DNA of 64,000 bases, taken from Selaginella moellendorffii. Taxonomy: Eukaryota; Plantae; Lycopodiophyta. The stretch is taken from NCBI RefSeq assembly GCF_000143415.4, contig NW_003314277.1, positions 2,012,764-2,076,763 on the forward strand, in the 5' to 3' direction. Positions 32,899 to 46,092 of this stretch are shown piece by piece. A model generated the notes under the pieces. That model had not been told where the DNA came from and searched no databases. It saw only the letters and a program-made list of their open reading frames with translations. The position numbers and the translations under genes are program-made. The first letter of the stretch is position 1; every line of letters begins with the position of its first letter.

Positions 32899-35800
32899 TC
32901 AGTGACTCGGCTCGCGTTTCTCAGGATGGCCGTGATGAAAGTAAGTGCGTGGGAACATCTGCTGTGATCGGAGTAGCTGCTGGGAGAAGTGCTCATGGTA
33001 GTCATCGTCCTCGCGGGGGACTCTTCCCAGTGCCATGCCCAGGATGTCCGTGCTTTGTCTCGGGCTTCCCTGCCTCGGACTTCCCTGTCTCGGGCTCCCT
33101 TCAAACGGAGGCGACGGAGGAATGCTCCACATCCCGTTCTTTCGAACCGGGCTTCCACCTGTGAGGCCTAGCTTCTGGAAGTTGTGGTGCTCGTTGTGTA
33201 GCGTGGGCACCCCAAAGCTGCCGTTTGCTGAGCGTGGTACGTTGCCATAGCCCCCAGTGATAGGCGTGGAAGAGCCCGAGCTGATAACCGGTGACGACGA
33301 CTGTGACGATGATATTCCGAGGTGGAGGTGGTGAGGTGACAGGGCTCTGATTTTCGGGCTGGCGCAAGGAGACACTGACGACGATGCAAATCCTTGAGCA
33401 CGGGGAGAGAGTTGCTCGCTGCAAAGTAAAAGATCACATCAAAGAAACAAAGAAAAACATTTCTAGGCCTGCAGCACCAACCTGGTTGGTGAGTGTAGGA
33501 TTGTTTTCGGATGCAGCACTGAATCGTATTCGTGGATGCGACTCCCGATGGCCTTCGGCAGAGTTAGAAGAGAGATATAAATATAATTTTCAGAAAGAAA
33601 AATGTGCTTGAAAACGTACCAGAGAGCCGACAAATGTGCTCGCCTTTGCAGCTATATCGCATCGATCGTCTGGAGTACATACTGGAGGCGCATTGCACAC
33701 GAAAGGATGCCCCAACAGAAATGTAGCGGTGGGCCTCTCTGCCGGATTCCTCTGCAAGCAGAGCCGCAAAAAGTTTTTACATTCTCTAGTCAGGTACTCC
33801 GGTATGGATGGGATTTCTTTGCTGTTCCCGATTTTAAACATGGCTGCTATCTGAGAGAGAAGTAACTATTAGCAGCAGAAGAAATGGAAAAGCGAAGGAC
33901 GAGGGTAACTGACCCCTTCATATTGGCTCCATGGAGGCTTTGCTGTCGCCATCTCCAGAACCGTGCAGCCAAGGCTCCAAACGTCGACAGAGAGATCGTA
34001 TCCATGTGTTTGTTTGATCACCTGGAAAGTACTCCAGTAAGACGAGCCGACTCGTGCTTGAAAAAGAAACACGAACCTCAGGCGCCATCCAATACGGACT
34101 TCCCTTAAAAGAAAGTGGGAAAGACTCGACGCTCAGCTGAAACACAGAGACACTCGTCAACAATAACGACAAAAACGAGGAGAAAACATTTAGTACGTGT
34201 TTCGCCATGCCAAAATCAGCAAGTTTCACAATTCCATTAGTGTCGACTAGAATGTTGGCTCCTTTGATGTCCCTGGCATTCAAAAGATTAATATGCCTAT
34301 AAATACGTGATGGTGGTGAGTTGAAGGGGCATACCTGTGTACTGTGCTTGTGCTATGAAGGTAAGCCAGCCCCGAGAGAATCTGGCGCGTGTAGCTGCGA
34401 ATCACAGGCTCCTTGAATGCACCATACTCCTGAAGAAGCTTGTGAATCGATCCCCCGGACACATACTCGAGGTAAATATATAAGCCATCCTCCATCTGAA
34501 AATCGAACGTTAATGCTTGAATGCAAAGTGGAGCTTGACTACCGTTTCCGATCCGTAATACTGTACAATGTTGGTATGTCGCAACCGGCTAAGAGTTGCA
34601 ATTTCCTGAAGGTTTAGGAATGATCGCCTTGTAAGCTTGAAGCATTCAAAGTTCTTCGTACCTGACTTAGCTGCTTTACACTTTCTTTTGACTTGGAATC
34701 GTCTGATAAAAGCGGAACTTCCTTCATGGCACACATGCGGCCGACATTCTCACTGAAACAAAAATGTTAGAAGAGGCAGGAATTTAAGATCTCACAGTGA
34801 CCGCACCTGTCAAAGCCAACGTAAACATTTCCAAAGCTTCCCCTGCCGATGAGCTTCCCTTTTTGCCACTTCGTCGTCGAGGTAGTAGGAGAATCTGATC
34901 TGTTTGGACTGCGAGGAGGAACTGCGGACGCATTTGGCGACGGTGGGAAATTCGAAGCCACCAGCGGAGAAGGAACAGCAGGAGGCAGCGGTAGACGGTG
35001 CGCAGAAACCTCGAGATGATATCTTTCCTGATCGGACCCGCCAGCTCTCTTATGTAGAGGAGACACTGCTTGGCTCTGAACTCTCGAACTTGGGCCTGGA
35101 CTCCTCCTCGGGCTCGGGTTTGGAGACAACTCCGGACTAGCACGGCTTTGGCACCACGATGTCTGTCCAGTATCAACAGTTGAGTTGTGCCCCGACCCCG
35201 GACTGGAACCATGACCAGAGGCAGGATCAGGAGTCGACTGCAGCGATCTCGGCGTCGCGGAGAGCATCTCCGCAGTTGTAAGTATCGTGCTTCTCACGGG
35301 GCTCACCAGGTAGCTGTCTCGTGTCCCATTCAAGATACCATGGTTCCTTCCATACGTCAAGGCCTCGCCAGGAACATTCACGAGGAAATTATTCCGTAAG
35401 TGCGGACTGGTGGGACAGGAAACCCCGTGTCTGGTTTGTGCTTGGGAGCTGCAACAGGTTCCACCAAGGAAAACATCAGAACAGAGACAACAGAGAAAGA
35501 CAAACACGAGAACTTACAAAGTCAACGACTGATCCGGTTTTGTGAGCACTCTGAGATTCCCCACGCGAGCAGCCACGGTTCCATGCGCCGTGTCGACCAC
35601 GTCCGAGCTTCCCAAAGAGCTCGTGCTCGAGGCAGATCCAGACTCGGTGTAGCCAACCTCCATATCAATACCATCCTTGCGAGGCGGCAGAGGAAACGAA
35701 GGATACCGCTGTATTACCGCATTGCCCGACTTTCGCGAGTGCTTTTCCCCGGGAGGCAATGGAAGAGGCTGCGCTTGAGACGGCAGACCGCCGAAACTCG

Positions 35801-36005
35801 CCGAGCGGCCAACCGCAGCCGAGGGAGAGGTCCGAGCTAATGGCGCAGCCTCGGCTGCCCCAACAGACTTGACGCATATCTCTTCTTCCTTGGCTTGCTG
35901 CTGCTTGTTCTTCCTCCTCTTTGGAGGATATAGCAACGAGCTGAGGATGTTCTCCTTTTTCCCTCCTCCATCCTTGGAGGACGACTTTCCCCACCAAGAT
36001 GGCAT
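32899..36005 (-). CDS. YDA: YODA-like MAP kinase kinase kinase (MEKK family), multi-exon
   Basis: N-terminus [11 protein letters not shown]; kinase exons [47 protein letters not shown] and [12 protein letters not shown]; Ser/Pro-rich tails. Confidence 0.88.
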
Positions 36006-36858
36006 CTTCTCCAATGCCCAGCGAGAAACTCCAAGGTCATGGAAGCGTCTTCAAACTCGTGGAACTCGTCCAGTCTAAACGCGCGAGCTTCTCCCAAGCT
36101 CGTGGGAATTCCCTGTTCTTAAGTGGTCCTCTCCCAATTCTTCGCTGGAAGAAATCCCCGCCCCGATGGAAAGAGAGAGTGTGAGAGAGCCAAAAACCTC
36201 GAAAATCTGTCCCTGTGAGTGTCCCTGGATCATCCTCTTGATGATTTAGCATTGCCTAGTGCCGATGACGAGCAGCCCGGGCCAGCGTGAGGATCATTGG
36301 CACTAGATTCTACTCCCATCCTCCTCCTCCCTAATCCCAGAATCTCACAGAGCTCCAAAACCCCAGCCATTGGCCTCTGGAACTTACCCCGCGCGCTCTC
36401 CCAATCCAAGAACAATGCCAGCATTCGTGCTCCATAGCTGCATTTCAGCTCCACGGCCGCATTTCAGCTCCGGCGTCGAGATTCAGACCCTAGAGACGAG
36501 AAGAAGGCCTCTCCTCGCCTCCGCCCGACGAAGAACCCTAAGATTGCCCACACTGCCAGCGACGATTACAGAGCGCAGCGCCTCGTCTACGCCGATTCCC
36601 CGCCTTGGATCTTCCTCATCGCCATCGCGCGGCGCTCTCTCTCCCTCGGGTCTCTCTACGTCGCGTAGCTCTAGCCCTCACGGAAAGAAAAAAGGACGAT
36701 ATTCTCTTCTTCCTCCTCGAGAAAGGGCGAGAGTGACAGCATCTATAGGCTCGGTTTTTAGGGTTCTAGGAGATAACTCTTGAAAAAAGAAAAAATATTT
36801 CTAGGGTTCTTGAGAGGGCAAGATCGAATCGATCGATTCGATCGATCCATCCTATCCA

Positions 36859-37340
36859 ATGACGAGGTATCTCAGTATGCGCGGCTACGACCGGCTCATG
36901 AGCTTCAAGAGCCTCGTCCAAAGCGGCAGCTCCAAGGATCTCCCGGAGGCGCAAGAGCGCGTGCTGGAGCTCTATCGCCGATCGGTTCGATCAGTGCCCT
37001 TCATCGTGGAGTGCTTCAACATCGAGGGCGTGGCGACGCCCGCGCAGCTGCGCTCCAGGATCATGAAGGAATTCCGGAAGAAGACGGATATTACCAATCC
37101 CAGGGTAAGATTTCTCGTTAGATTGGGGCTGGATTTTGATCCTGGCCTGGAATGCAGGCTCTAGATCTTCTCGTTGTCAAGGGGCTGGAGGAATTGATGA
37201 TGTTTCTCACGCAAACCAAGCAGCGACATCATCTCATCGCGCAGTATGTCCAGGAGGAATCCTTCGACCCGCGGAAGCTGGGAATCATCGACCGGGGTGA
37301 GTCGGAGTTCTTGAAGAAGTTCTTAGAAGGCAACGCTTGA
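36859..37340 (+). CDS. NDUFA6: Mitochondrial complex I subunit B14/NDUFA6 (LYR family); exons 36859-37104 and 37158-37340
   Basis: EAQERVLELYR..R.VP, EFRK..ITNPR|ALDLLVVKG.EEL..KQRHHL and SEFLKKFLEGN. Confidence 0.88.
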
Positions 37341-37983
37341 GAGGGAGCAAAGCTCTACCGCCAAGAACACAAAAGTGCCAGGAAATAAGTTTTTCCTCAC
37401 CATCTTCTTGTTGTCTGCCTGTAATCTTCTCTTCTCTTCTCTTCTTCGCGCTGTTCCAGAGAATCAAAGCTCTTGTAAACGTTTTGGGGGCTTCTTCGAT
37501 TTGGAAGGTTGGTTTCTACGTTTGCGCACTAACATCGAGAGGATTTGCTCAGAGATTTGCTCCCAGTTCTTCCCCCACTTGGTTTGATCCTTTGTTCCCT
37601 CGCAGGAGCACCACGTCCGGCTGGATTCCAATCCCTTTTTGAAAGCGATGCGATCACGATCAAGCGAAAGTTCTCCCATCTTTTCTCGAAAAACTTATCG
37701 GGCCTCCTTGGCCACCCTGGCTACCAAGCGCTATCCGGTAGACCACGGTGGGGTTGGCCATACCGACTTACTGGGTCACCGGCGAGGGCGGTCAAGTGGT
37801 CAAGGGTCAGCGACCCCATTTACTAGTCAACCCGAGGGATACAAGCGCCATTCTTTCAGGGTTTCCAGCTTACTTGGCACAACCTCCGCGACTCACGGGA
37901 TGACTAGGAAACAATTTGCACAGTCAGAATTTCTTTTTCCTACAAAAATGTTTACATGAGGCGGCTTTTTTTTTTTTTTTCTT

Positions 37984-39738
37984 TCAGGGCACTGGCTCTT
38001 CTTGCGTAGCTCCATCTTTGATTGATCCAAGCTCTTCTCCTTGGCTATCTTCATCCTGCGCAGCTCCATCTTCATCGTCCCAAGGCAGCGAGAACGAAGC
38101 AGTGTCATCCACCGCCATCGCCATCTCTATCACCTTGGCGGCCAAATCTCCCCTGCGCGACCAGCACAGCCTCGCCACCACTCTCCCGAGAACTCCCGAC
38201 GGCGGGCTCAATCCACTCGCCAGCATCTCCTCGCACAGATCAAACGCCCTGCCGATCTCTCCACTGCCGAGCAGCCGATCGATGAGAGCGCTGTAGGTGG
38301 CGAAGTCTGGCGCGATCCCGCGCTGCCGCATCTCGTAGAACAGCACCATCCCGGACTCGAGGCAGCAGCCAGCGATCACCGTGTTGTAAGTCAGCAAGTT
38401 GGCGACGCATCCAGGATCATCGCCCAGTTCCTCCAAGATCCGGAAAGCCTCCTCGGGCCTCTCGGATCGAAACGCGCCGTGGAGCAGCACATTGTAGGCG
38501 TGAGTGTCGGCTGAAACTCCCGCGAGACGCATCTCCCGGAAGAGCGCTCGAGCGTCGTCCAGCCTTCGCTCGCGGCACAGGCCGCTCACCACCGCGGTGT
38601 ACATGGCAACGTCGAGCGGGCAGTAGTCGCGGATGTGATCGAACAGCCCCAGCGCCGTCTCGGTTCGATCGTTCCGGCAGAAGGTGTCGATCAAGGTGGC
38701 GTAAGTTCGCTGGTTTGGAAACGCGCCGGATCGCTTCATGATCCGGTAGAGCGCGTAGGCGTCGTCCAGGAAGCCGGATTTGCAGAGGCCATCGATGAGA
38801 GTGGTGTAGATCACGACGTTGAGCTCGCAGCCGAGCGTTTCCATCTCGCGGACCACCCGGTACGCGTCGTAAACTCTCCCGGCCTTGGAGAGTCCATCGA
38901 TGATCACGCTGTAGGAGACGATGGTTGGCTGGATCTTTCGTTCGAGCATGGCGTTCCAGATTCTCACCGCGAGCTTCATCTTCTTGGCCTTGCAAGCACC
39001 CCGGATCAAGCTCGTGTACGTGACCACCGTCGGCGAGCATCCCTGGAGAACCATCGTCTCGTCCAGGAACTTCCACGCTTCCAGGAACCGGTTTGATCGG
39101 CAGAGGCCGTCGACGATCGAGTTGTAGATCACCACGTCGGGTTGGATCCTCCGCTCCACTCTCATCTCGCGGAGAAGCTCCAGAGCTCGATCCATCCTGA
39201 GCTCCTTGCAGTAGCCATCGATGAGAACACCGTAGAGGAAGCAATCCGGTTGGCAGCGATTGCTTTTGATCATCTCTTGGAAGATCTCCCAGGCGCGCTC
39301 CATCATCCTGTTCTTGCAGAACCCCCGGATCATTACCGTGAAGGTGACCACGTCGGGGTGGATTCCAGCGTCACGCATGAGCTCCAGAGCTCTGGCGGCG
39401 TCGGCGAGTCTAGTGGATTTGGACAAGGCGTCGATGAGCGATGCAAATGCGTGCTGGTTTGGAGGTGGAGTACCTGAGTGGAGCATAGTGGCCAGGATGA
39501 GCAGAGCGCCGCGCAGATCCCCGGACTTGCAAGCTCGATCGATGACGACGCTGGAGAGGAAGCCCGGGAAGATCGATCCGGCGGCGGTCTTCTCACGGAG
39601 GAAGCGCGCGGCCGCATTGGCATCGCCGGATTCGTGGAGCGCGAGAAGCTGCGCGTGTGCGGCGTCGGGCGATGGCGGGAGATGGAGCGATCGATGGTAG
39701 AGCGAGCGACGATGGAGGCCGCGACGAAAACCTCGCAT
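37984..39738 (-). CDS. P-class pentatricopeptide repeat protein, probably mitochondrial
   Basis: 35-aa repeats PDVVTFTVMIRGFCK / VVIYNSIVDGLC; Arg-rich N-terminus. Confidence 0.93.
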   Translation of the reverse strand: MRGFRRGLHRRSLYHRSLHLPPSPDAAHAQLLALHESGDANAAARFLREKTAAGSIFPGFLSSVVIDRACKSGDLRGALLILATMLHSGTPPPNQHAFASLIDALSKSTRLADAARALELMRDAGIHPDVVTFTVMIRGFCKNRMMERAWEIFQEMIKSNRCQPDCFLYGVLIDGYCKELRMDRALELLREMRVERRIQPDVVIYNSIVDGLCRSNRFLEAWKFLDETMVLQGCSPTVVTYTSLIRGACKAKKMKLAVRIWNAMLERKIQPTIVSYSVIIDGLSKAGRVYDAYRVVREMETLGCELNVVIYTTLIDGLCKSGFLDDAYALYRIMKRSGAFPNQRTYATLIDTFCRNDRTETALGLFDHIRDYCPLDVAMYTAVVSGLCRERRLDDARALFREMRLAGVSADTHAYNVLLHGAFRSERPEEAFRILEELGDDPGCVANLLTYNTVIAGCCLESGMVLFYEMRQRGIAPDFATYSALIDRLLGSGEIGRAFDLCEEMLASGLSPPSGVLGRVVARLCWSRRGDLAAKVIEMAMAVDDTASFSLPWDDEDGAAQDEDSQGEELGSIKDGATQEEPVP

Positions 39739-39866
39739 TTACCATCGTTCCTAGGGTTTTGGGTTTAGGGTTCTTGAGCTCCTTTATTTTAAGAGAAATT
39801 TAACTGTTGTGAAATAAGTACCTTTAGTGCTCTTTCCCGAGAACCCTAATTCAGGGTTTTGGGCCG

Positions 39867-42089
39867 ATGGAGGCTTTGTTTCGGGAGGCGCTGCTGGCGC
39901 TCCCTCAAGCGCCACTGCGGGATCTCTTGCGCGTTGGGGTAAAGCGATTTCTTTCTCGTGCGGCCAGATCGATCGAAATATTTGTCTCGTAGGCGTGCTC
40001 CTTGTGCGCGATGAGGTTCCTGAGCGTGCGCGGCCGTGTGTATTCGCAATCGGTGCCCGCTTCCCCCGCTATTCTTGCAGAGATTGGAAATGGCGATGGA
40101 TTGGAGAGCGATCGATCGAGTGCTTCGTGTTGTACTGTTTGCCAGGGGATCTTGCAAAGCGCTGGCGTTGGATTGGCTGTTCTTGAGGCGATCCAAAAGG
40201 AAGGGCACGAGTTTTGCGATTTTTCTTTGGAGGTCACTGTGCCTTCAGCAACTTTAGTACGTGAGCGTTCTCTTTGGTACGCTACTCCTTATTTCTTCGG
40301 ATCGGGGCATTTGTGACTTTGTGACTTTTCTTTTCTCAGGTGCTACTTGAGAAAAGAACATCCAGAAGACTTCAAGGCTGAAGATCCAAACGAATGTATA
40401 GTTTCACTCAAGGAAGCTGTCAAGTGGACTTTTGGCCCACAAATCGAAGCTGCATTGGTAAAGAACTCTTTCCTTGGCATGGTATGTTTTCATGGTTTTT
40501 TATTTGTGAATACAGGGAAAGGTCATGGATAAAAACTCGAACTTCCACATCTCTCTAGTGTTCAAGCATGCGAACTCAAGCTCGGAGATTCAGTTTCTTT
40601 CTGATCTGTCCGGTGGCGATTCTAAACGAAAGCGGGGTAACGTTACTCTTTCTGTGGCTACTGGTATCTGATGGATGTGTCTTCTCGCAAGGTCCTGTAG
40701 AAGCCGGGGAGTCTATTGCAGCCGTCCAGCGCTCGCTAGCGTCTATATCATCCGACGCTTTTGCTAGGCATTATCCATGCCCTCCTCCACAAGTAAGTTT
40801 CTTACATTGTAGAAAAACTTACCGGTGGAATCGCAGTTAGATACGCCATGCGAGCTGGTTTCGAGCTGTCGGAAGGACGCGATTTTTGTTGTTGGGAGAT
40901 ATCTAAAGGTTTTTGATTGTTGGTTGAATCAACTAAGCTGCATTTTAATATCGTGGTTGAACAGTATTCGCGGAGCATCAGCCAGAGCCCTTGGACAATT
41001 CAGGAAGACAGGATAGGGGACGGTTCTGTACAGGCAAGTGCATGCGTATGTTAAGAAGCGTTTTGATCCTCGACTTGGTGCAGGAGATTATAGGCGATGT
41101 GATATTCCCTCACTTTAAGGCCGATAGCTACAAATTCCATGCTGCCGGAAGGGAGGACATAGACGTAAAGAAACCTGTTTCATGCTTTTGGTTTGCTCAT
41201 TCTGCTCTGTGTCAGGTCCGAATGCTCGGCAGTGGACGACCATTTCTTTTGGAAATTCTGAATGCACGCACATGTTCAAAGCAGGAGGAACTTCTCAAGC
41301 TTGAGCATGCCATAAATTCCAACAAAGATGGATGGGTATAGCTTTTGTTGTCAACTTGCCTCTCGTCTAACCAGTGTTGGCTGCGCAGAACAGGTGAAAG
41401 TAAAAGGTCTTAAAGAAGCTGGCAATGAAGTTTGGACGATCATGCGACAAGGTGAGGCGGACAAGCAGGTTGGCTTTTTTGTTCTTGCCAGACAATAGTG
41501 CTGAATGAACATGTTTTACAGAAAGAATACACGGCAGTGGTGTGGTTGTCTCGGCCTGTCACAGAGGCTGACTTTACAACCCTTTCCAACTCGAAAGAGC
41601 TGGTTTGTGATGTTCTCAAGTTGTTTGGTGTGCATCTAATGTTTTCAAAATACAGGAGATTCAGCAAAAAACACCGGTACGAGTTCTGCACAGACGCAGC
41701 CCGCTTGTTCGTCCGCGAATCATTCACTGGTGAGTACTTTCCTTACTTTTCATTGCTAGATAACAAGAGAATTTCTGGTGTATTAGGATGCGGTGTGAAG
41801 CACTACACGATAGCTCATGCTATTTCCTTCTACATCTTTGTACTCAGGTGCAGACTCAAAGTTGGTTCTTTGCGTTTACTATCTCAGCTTTCTAGGCTGG
41901 AACATACGTTAAGGAGTTTGTTCACGGAGATCTAGGACGAACGTATCCGAAGTAAGAAGAAAAAAAAAAGAGAAAAACTTTTGTTGGTGAAACTAACCAC
42001 AAACTTTCTTCAGTGTTGGATCGCTTCTAGATTGCGATGCCGAAATTCTGTGCTTGGACGTGACAAATGTGAAAATGGATTTCTTGTGA
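39867..42089 (+). CDS. PUS10: tRNA pseudouridine synthase Pus10, multi-exon
   Basis: FHAAGREDID|VRMLGSGRPF, QQKTPVRVLHRRSPLVR, TQ|AGTYVKEFVHGDLGRTYP and ILCLDV; N-terminal CxxC pairs. Confidence 0.92.
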
Positions 42090-42365
42090 TGAACAATGGT
42101 AGGACGGCATCCAAATCTGTGAAGAACATATTCACCCCTTTTGGAAGCTTTTCTTTGCAGGCATTCCTGGAAATCCTGTAAGCTAGCACATGAACTCAAA
42201 AGGAACACCATAAATTCTAGGGGGCTGGCCTCCAAGTTGCTCTGGTTCATTCTCCTTCCAAGTTGCAAAAGCACTAACATTATATCTCTGTAACGATATG
42301 TAACGATTCTAAGGAAGTGATAGCGAGCGTTTGTTAGAAAATATCAACATGCCACATAAGCTTCT

Positions 42366-42390
42366 AGAGAGAGAGAGAGAGAGAGAGAGA
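42366..42390. repeat. (GA)n microsatellite
   Basis: About 12 GA units. Confidence 0.9.
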
Positions 42391-42966
42391 TTAAAATCAT
42401 ATTATGTTAACTTGCCGAGAGATTAAAATTATACTATGCTAATTTACAACCAAAGTAAGAAATCAATGCAAACAATTATACTGTGCTAACTTGCAGCCAA
42501 AGTAAGAAATCAATGCCTCGTTGAAAATTACCGTTAACGAATAGATGTTTTCTTTTACATCAATCTTGGTCCATTCGCCAGGGAATCTATACCGTCAAGT
42601 ATAAAGATCTGAGATCCAGCGGAGCAAGACTAGGCACGTGGTTCCATCCCAGATGGGCACGCTTGCCATATGCATCGCGTCCTTCGGTCCACAGGCGTCG
42701 CCGGACGTGCACCACTCGCGCTCCGACACGTGTTGATTATTTGGGATTACTGGTTAATGCTTGTTTGCCCTTTGGCGCTTAGTTCTACCGTCTCGAGCAA
42801 TGCGCATGGATTCCAGAGCGAAAAGCGGAGGATCGACGAGGCGCTGCCACTGCTAGGTAAGAATTTTCGCGTTCTTTTTCCGGGCGCAGCGCGAGAAATC
42901 GGTGAAAATTTCTCTCTTCTCTGGCTCCCGATTTCCAGGGTTTCTTGGAATTCGAAGGAGCCGGCT

Positions 42967-44210
42967 ATGGATCCCGGCCGCAACAGCGACAGCGAGGAGG
43001 AGGAGAGCGTGTGTGGCAGCCGAAGCTGGGAGGTCGTGGCATCGGATCCCGACTCCGGATTATCCGACTCGAATTGCGACGTCCAGATGCATGAGGCCGG
43101 CATCACTGTTCTTCCCCAGCACTTCCTTCTCCCGCCGGCGGCGCAAGCATGCGCGCAAGAATCCAAGGCAGTGGAGGAGGAAGAATCTTCACGAGGTAGG
43201 GAACCGCCGTCCTCCTCGGTGAAGGATTGGATTGAGCCGTCACGGGTGATTGATGAACGGCAGGAATCCGGGCAGCAGGAGCAGCATCACAGGCAGCAGC
43301 AGCAGCAGCAGCAGCACGATTTGGATTTGCTATCGACGCTCATCTCGTCCGTCCTAGAATCCGAGAAGAGGGAGGGTGGGATTGCCGAGGGAGGAGACCT
43401 CCAGACAGGGACAGGAGAGGAGGCATCATCCCTGGCGAGTTTGCATCGCGAGATTGTGTCGGAGTCGGGATTTAGCGCTTTGGTTCCATCGGATCTTCAC
43501 GGGAATGTGTTGAGACCGGAAGAACAGGAGGAGGGCGAGGCGATTGGCGAGGAGGGTGGTGGTGGTTTTGGAATTGGAGAAGAAGAGGATGGGAGGATAG
43601 GGGGAAGCTGGAAGAAGAAGATTGCGAGTTATATCCGGAGGGCGAGTACGCTGTGGTCTCTCACGATTGCTGCGGCGCTGGTGGGACTCGTGATCATTGG
43701 GCAACGATGGCAGCACGAGCGCTGGCAAAACCACCAGATGCGCTTGCAGCTTTGCTACAAGGACGAGGTACTTCCACTCAAAACTTTGGATTTTTTTTGT
43801 TTCTAGAAGCTCCTTTCCTTGATTCCTGGGTTTGCTTTGCATAGTTCTTGTTCTTGGGCTGGTATCATTGGTTTCGTTTTTCGCATGAGCACCGAGAATC
43901 GAGCATGCGCTTTGCTTTTCCGATTCAATGATCGTTTGCGATCTTACGGTAGCACTTTGCTTTTCCTTTTCTTAGCAGCGAGCATCGCATTTTCTCTTTT
44001 TGCGCTGGAAGCTTCAGTGTTTTCACTTTCTTTGTTTGCTTGCTGATTCCTTGCCTGTGATGGATCACTTTCGCTCGAGAAGATCCAATCTTAACACACG
44101 CACTTTTTGGCTTCCAGAAAATCAGCCAGCTTCTCTTCCAGATCGCTCGATTGAAGGAGACGGTCTCGGGTCGGAGGAGAGTGCCAGTGATCAAAGCGAG
44201 CGCGGTTTGA
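42967..44210 (+). CDS. ATG8-interacting protein (ATI1/ATI2-like); exons 42967-43767 and 44118-44210
   Basis: N-terminal AIM-like WEVV motif; transmembrane segment followed by WSLTIAAALVGLVIIGQRWQHERWQ..EKISQLL..RLKE. Confidence 0.82.
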
Positions 44211-44903
44211 GCTTGAGTCGACCGAGGCGATCAAAAAAGAGTTCAAAGAGAAACAAAGAAGAGAGAAGAGATTTCTTCTTCCTCCATGCATCGCATTGTT
44301 GGCCTCGTTCGTTCGTATTACATATAAATGGGGAATTAAGAAAGCGACATAGAACGAGCGGGCTACGTGGCACGATCTCGTGCAAAGAATCCAGCCATCC
44401 AGGTGTGACCAACGCGACGCCATGATCTAGCCGTACCGGCGTTGAGTTAAATCGTCCGTACGTTTTAGGGCGAGCAGGAGAGAGAGAGCTGGGAAAAGAT
44501 CTCCCTTCGCGCCGTCACGAAAGCCGCAATTAGCACGGGGCGGACGAAGCGCGCGCGACGAAAAGGCAAGGTTGGAAAGAGCGTAGCGCAGCCAGGGCAT
44601 TCCTCCACTGCGATTTGGGCGTTTTAGGGTTTGTCAATCCGTGGCCTGTGTGTTCCACGCTTTTCATTCGAGTGCCACTTTCCCCAGCTCGCGTTCTTCT
44701 TTTTTTTTCTCCTCTTTTTTTCCCACCGTTTTGTGTTCCTTTATCCTACATTGCCCCGTTTTTTTTTTTTGGTTGAGTGAAGAAGAAAAGTTACAGCGGC
44801 TACGATTCTTTTGATTCTTTTTCCGCATTTTGGCATTCGTTTTTCTTTGTTTTTTCGTCCTTTCTTTCGTTTTTTTTTTTCGTAAGTCTCCCGCCTTTTA
44901 GAT

Positions 44904-46092
44904 ATGGATCGCTACCAGCGAGTGGAGAAACCTCGTCCCGAGACTCCAATTAGCGAGAATGAGATTCGCATTACCACCCAGGGAAAGATGAGGAACTACA
45001 TCACTTACGCGACCAACCTTCTCCAGGTATGGATAGATAGATCTCTCTTTTTATTCTTTATATTCCTTTTCATGGTTGTGCTCCATTCTTTACAGGACAA
45101 GGGAGCCTCTGAAATCGTCTTGAAGGCCATGGGTCGTGCTATCAACAAGACCGTTAACATCGCCGAGATCATCAAGGTTTGTAGTATTATCCTGTGTTCT
45201 TTTTGTAATATATATTCCATTTCCAGCGAAGGATTGCCGGTCTGCATCAGATCACTTTCATCGGCTCCACTGATATCACGGATGTTTGGGAGCCACTTGA
45301 AGAGGGCCTGACAACGTAAGTGTAGCGCAGCTTTTCCATGCTACTTTTTTTGCGAAGTCTGAAAAGTTCTTATTCTCTCTTTTGCAGGCTAGAAACCACT
45401 CGGCACGTTTCAATGATCACCATCACGCTTTCTACGAAGGAGCTGGATACTGCCAACATCGGGTATGAAAACCACCTTATCCCTGTAACATTGGCTGTAA
45501 GCATTGCAATTTTTTAAATCACAGGTATCAGCCTCCACTCTCCCCGGATCAAGTGAAACCAAACATAGATTTCGACTATGTTGAAGCCGCAGGTATGATG
45601 CTGGACTTTTCTTGCTGTCTATATATTGATCTTTCTCCTGCATTGTATAGACGCACCACCGCGTGGAAGGGGCCGTGGCCGTGGTCGTGGACGGGGAGGC
45701 CGAGGAAGAGGTATGAATTAGATTAGTCACGATTATGAGATGAAAGTTCTTTTCTGTTTTTTTGCTTAGAATCTGGGAATGGTATAGCCCCAGCTGCTGA
45801 GTATCCCGCCGGTGAAGCTCGAGGACGCGGGCGTGGAAGAGGTTGGGGCCGAGGACGTGGCCGGGGCCGTGGCCGCGGGACCGACTACGTCTCAGACGGT
45901 GCTGCTGGCTACGAAGAAAACTCTGAAGCTCCCCGTGGAAGAGGTAGAAGAGTGTTTCGAAGCTAAGGAAAGTTATATCTCACATCACTCTTTTCTTCTT
46001 TGGCAGGCCGTGGTCAGATGAAAGTGAGGGGTCGGGGAAGAGGTGGCGGCCGCGGTGATGCTCAAGCTGGAGAGGAAGCCCCGGTGGAATAG
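44904..46092 (+). CDS. ALBA-domain DNA/RNA-binding protein (Rpp25-like) with RGG tail, multi-exon
   Basis: MDRYQRVEKP..ENEIRITTQG..RNYI, LKAMGRAINKTV..AEIIK and TRHVSMITITLS; RG repeats. Confidence 0.92.

Noticed and set aside
37855-37870. Telomerase-RNA template or U17/snR30 identity for the structured island
   Set aside because: AAACCCTGAA does not match a TTTAGGG template, the snR30 m1/m2 motifs match only loosely, and no USE/TATA promoter is seen.
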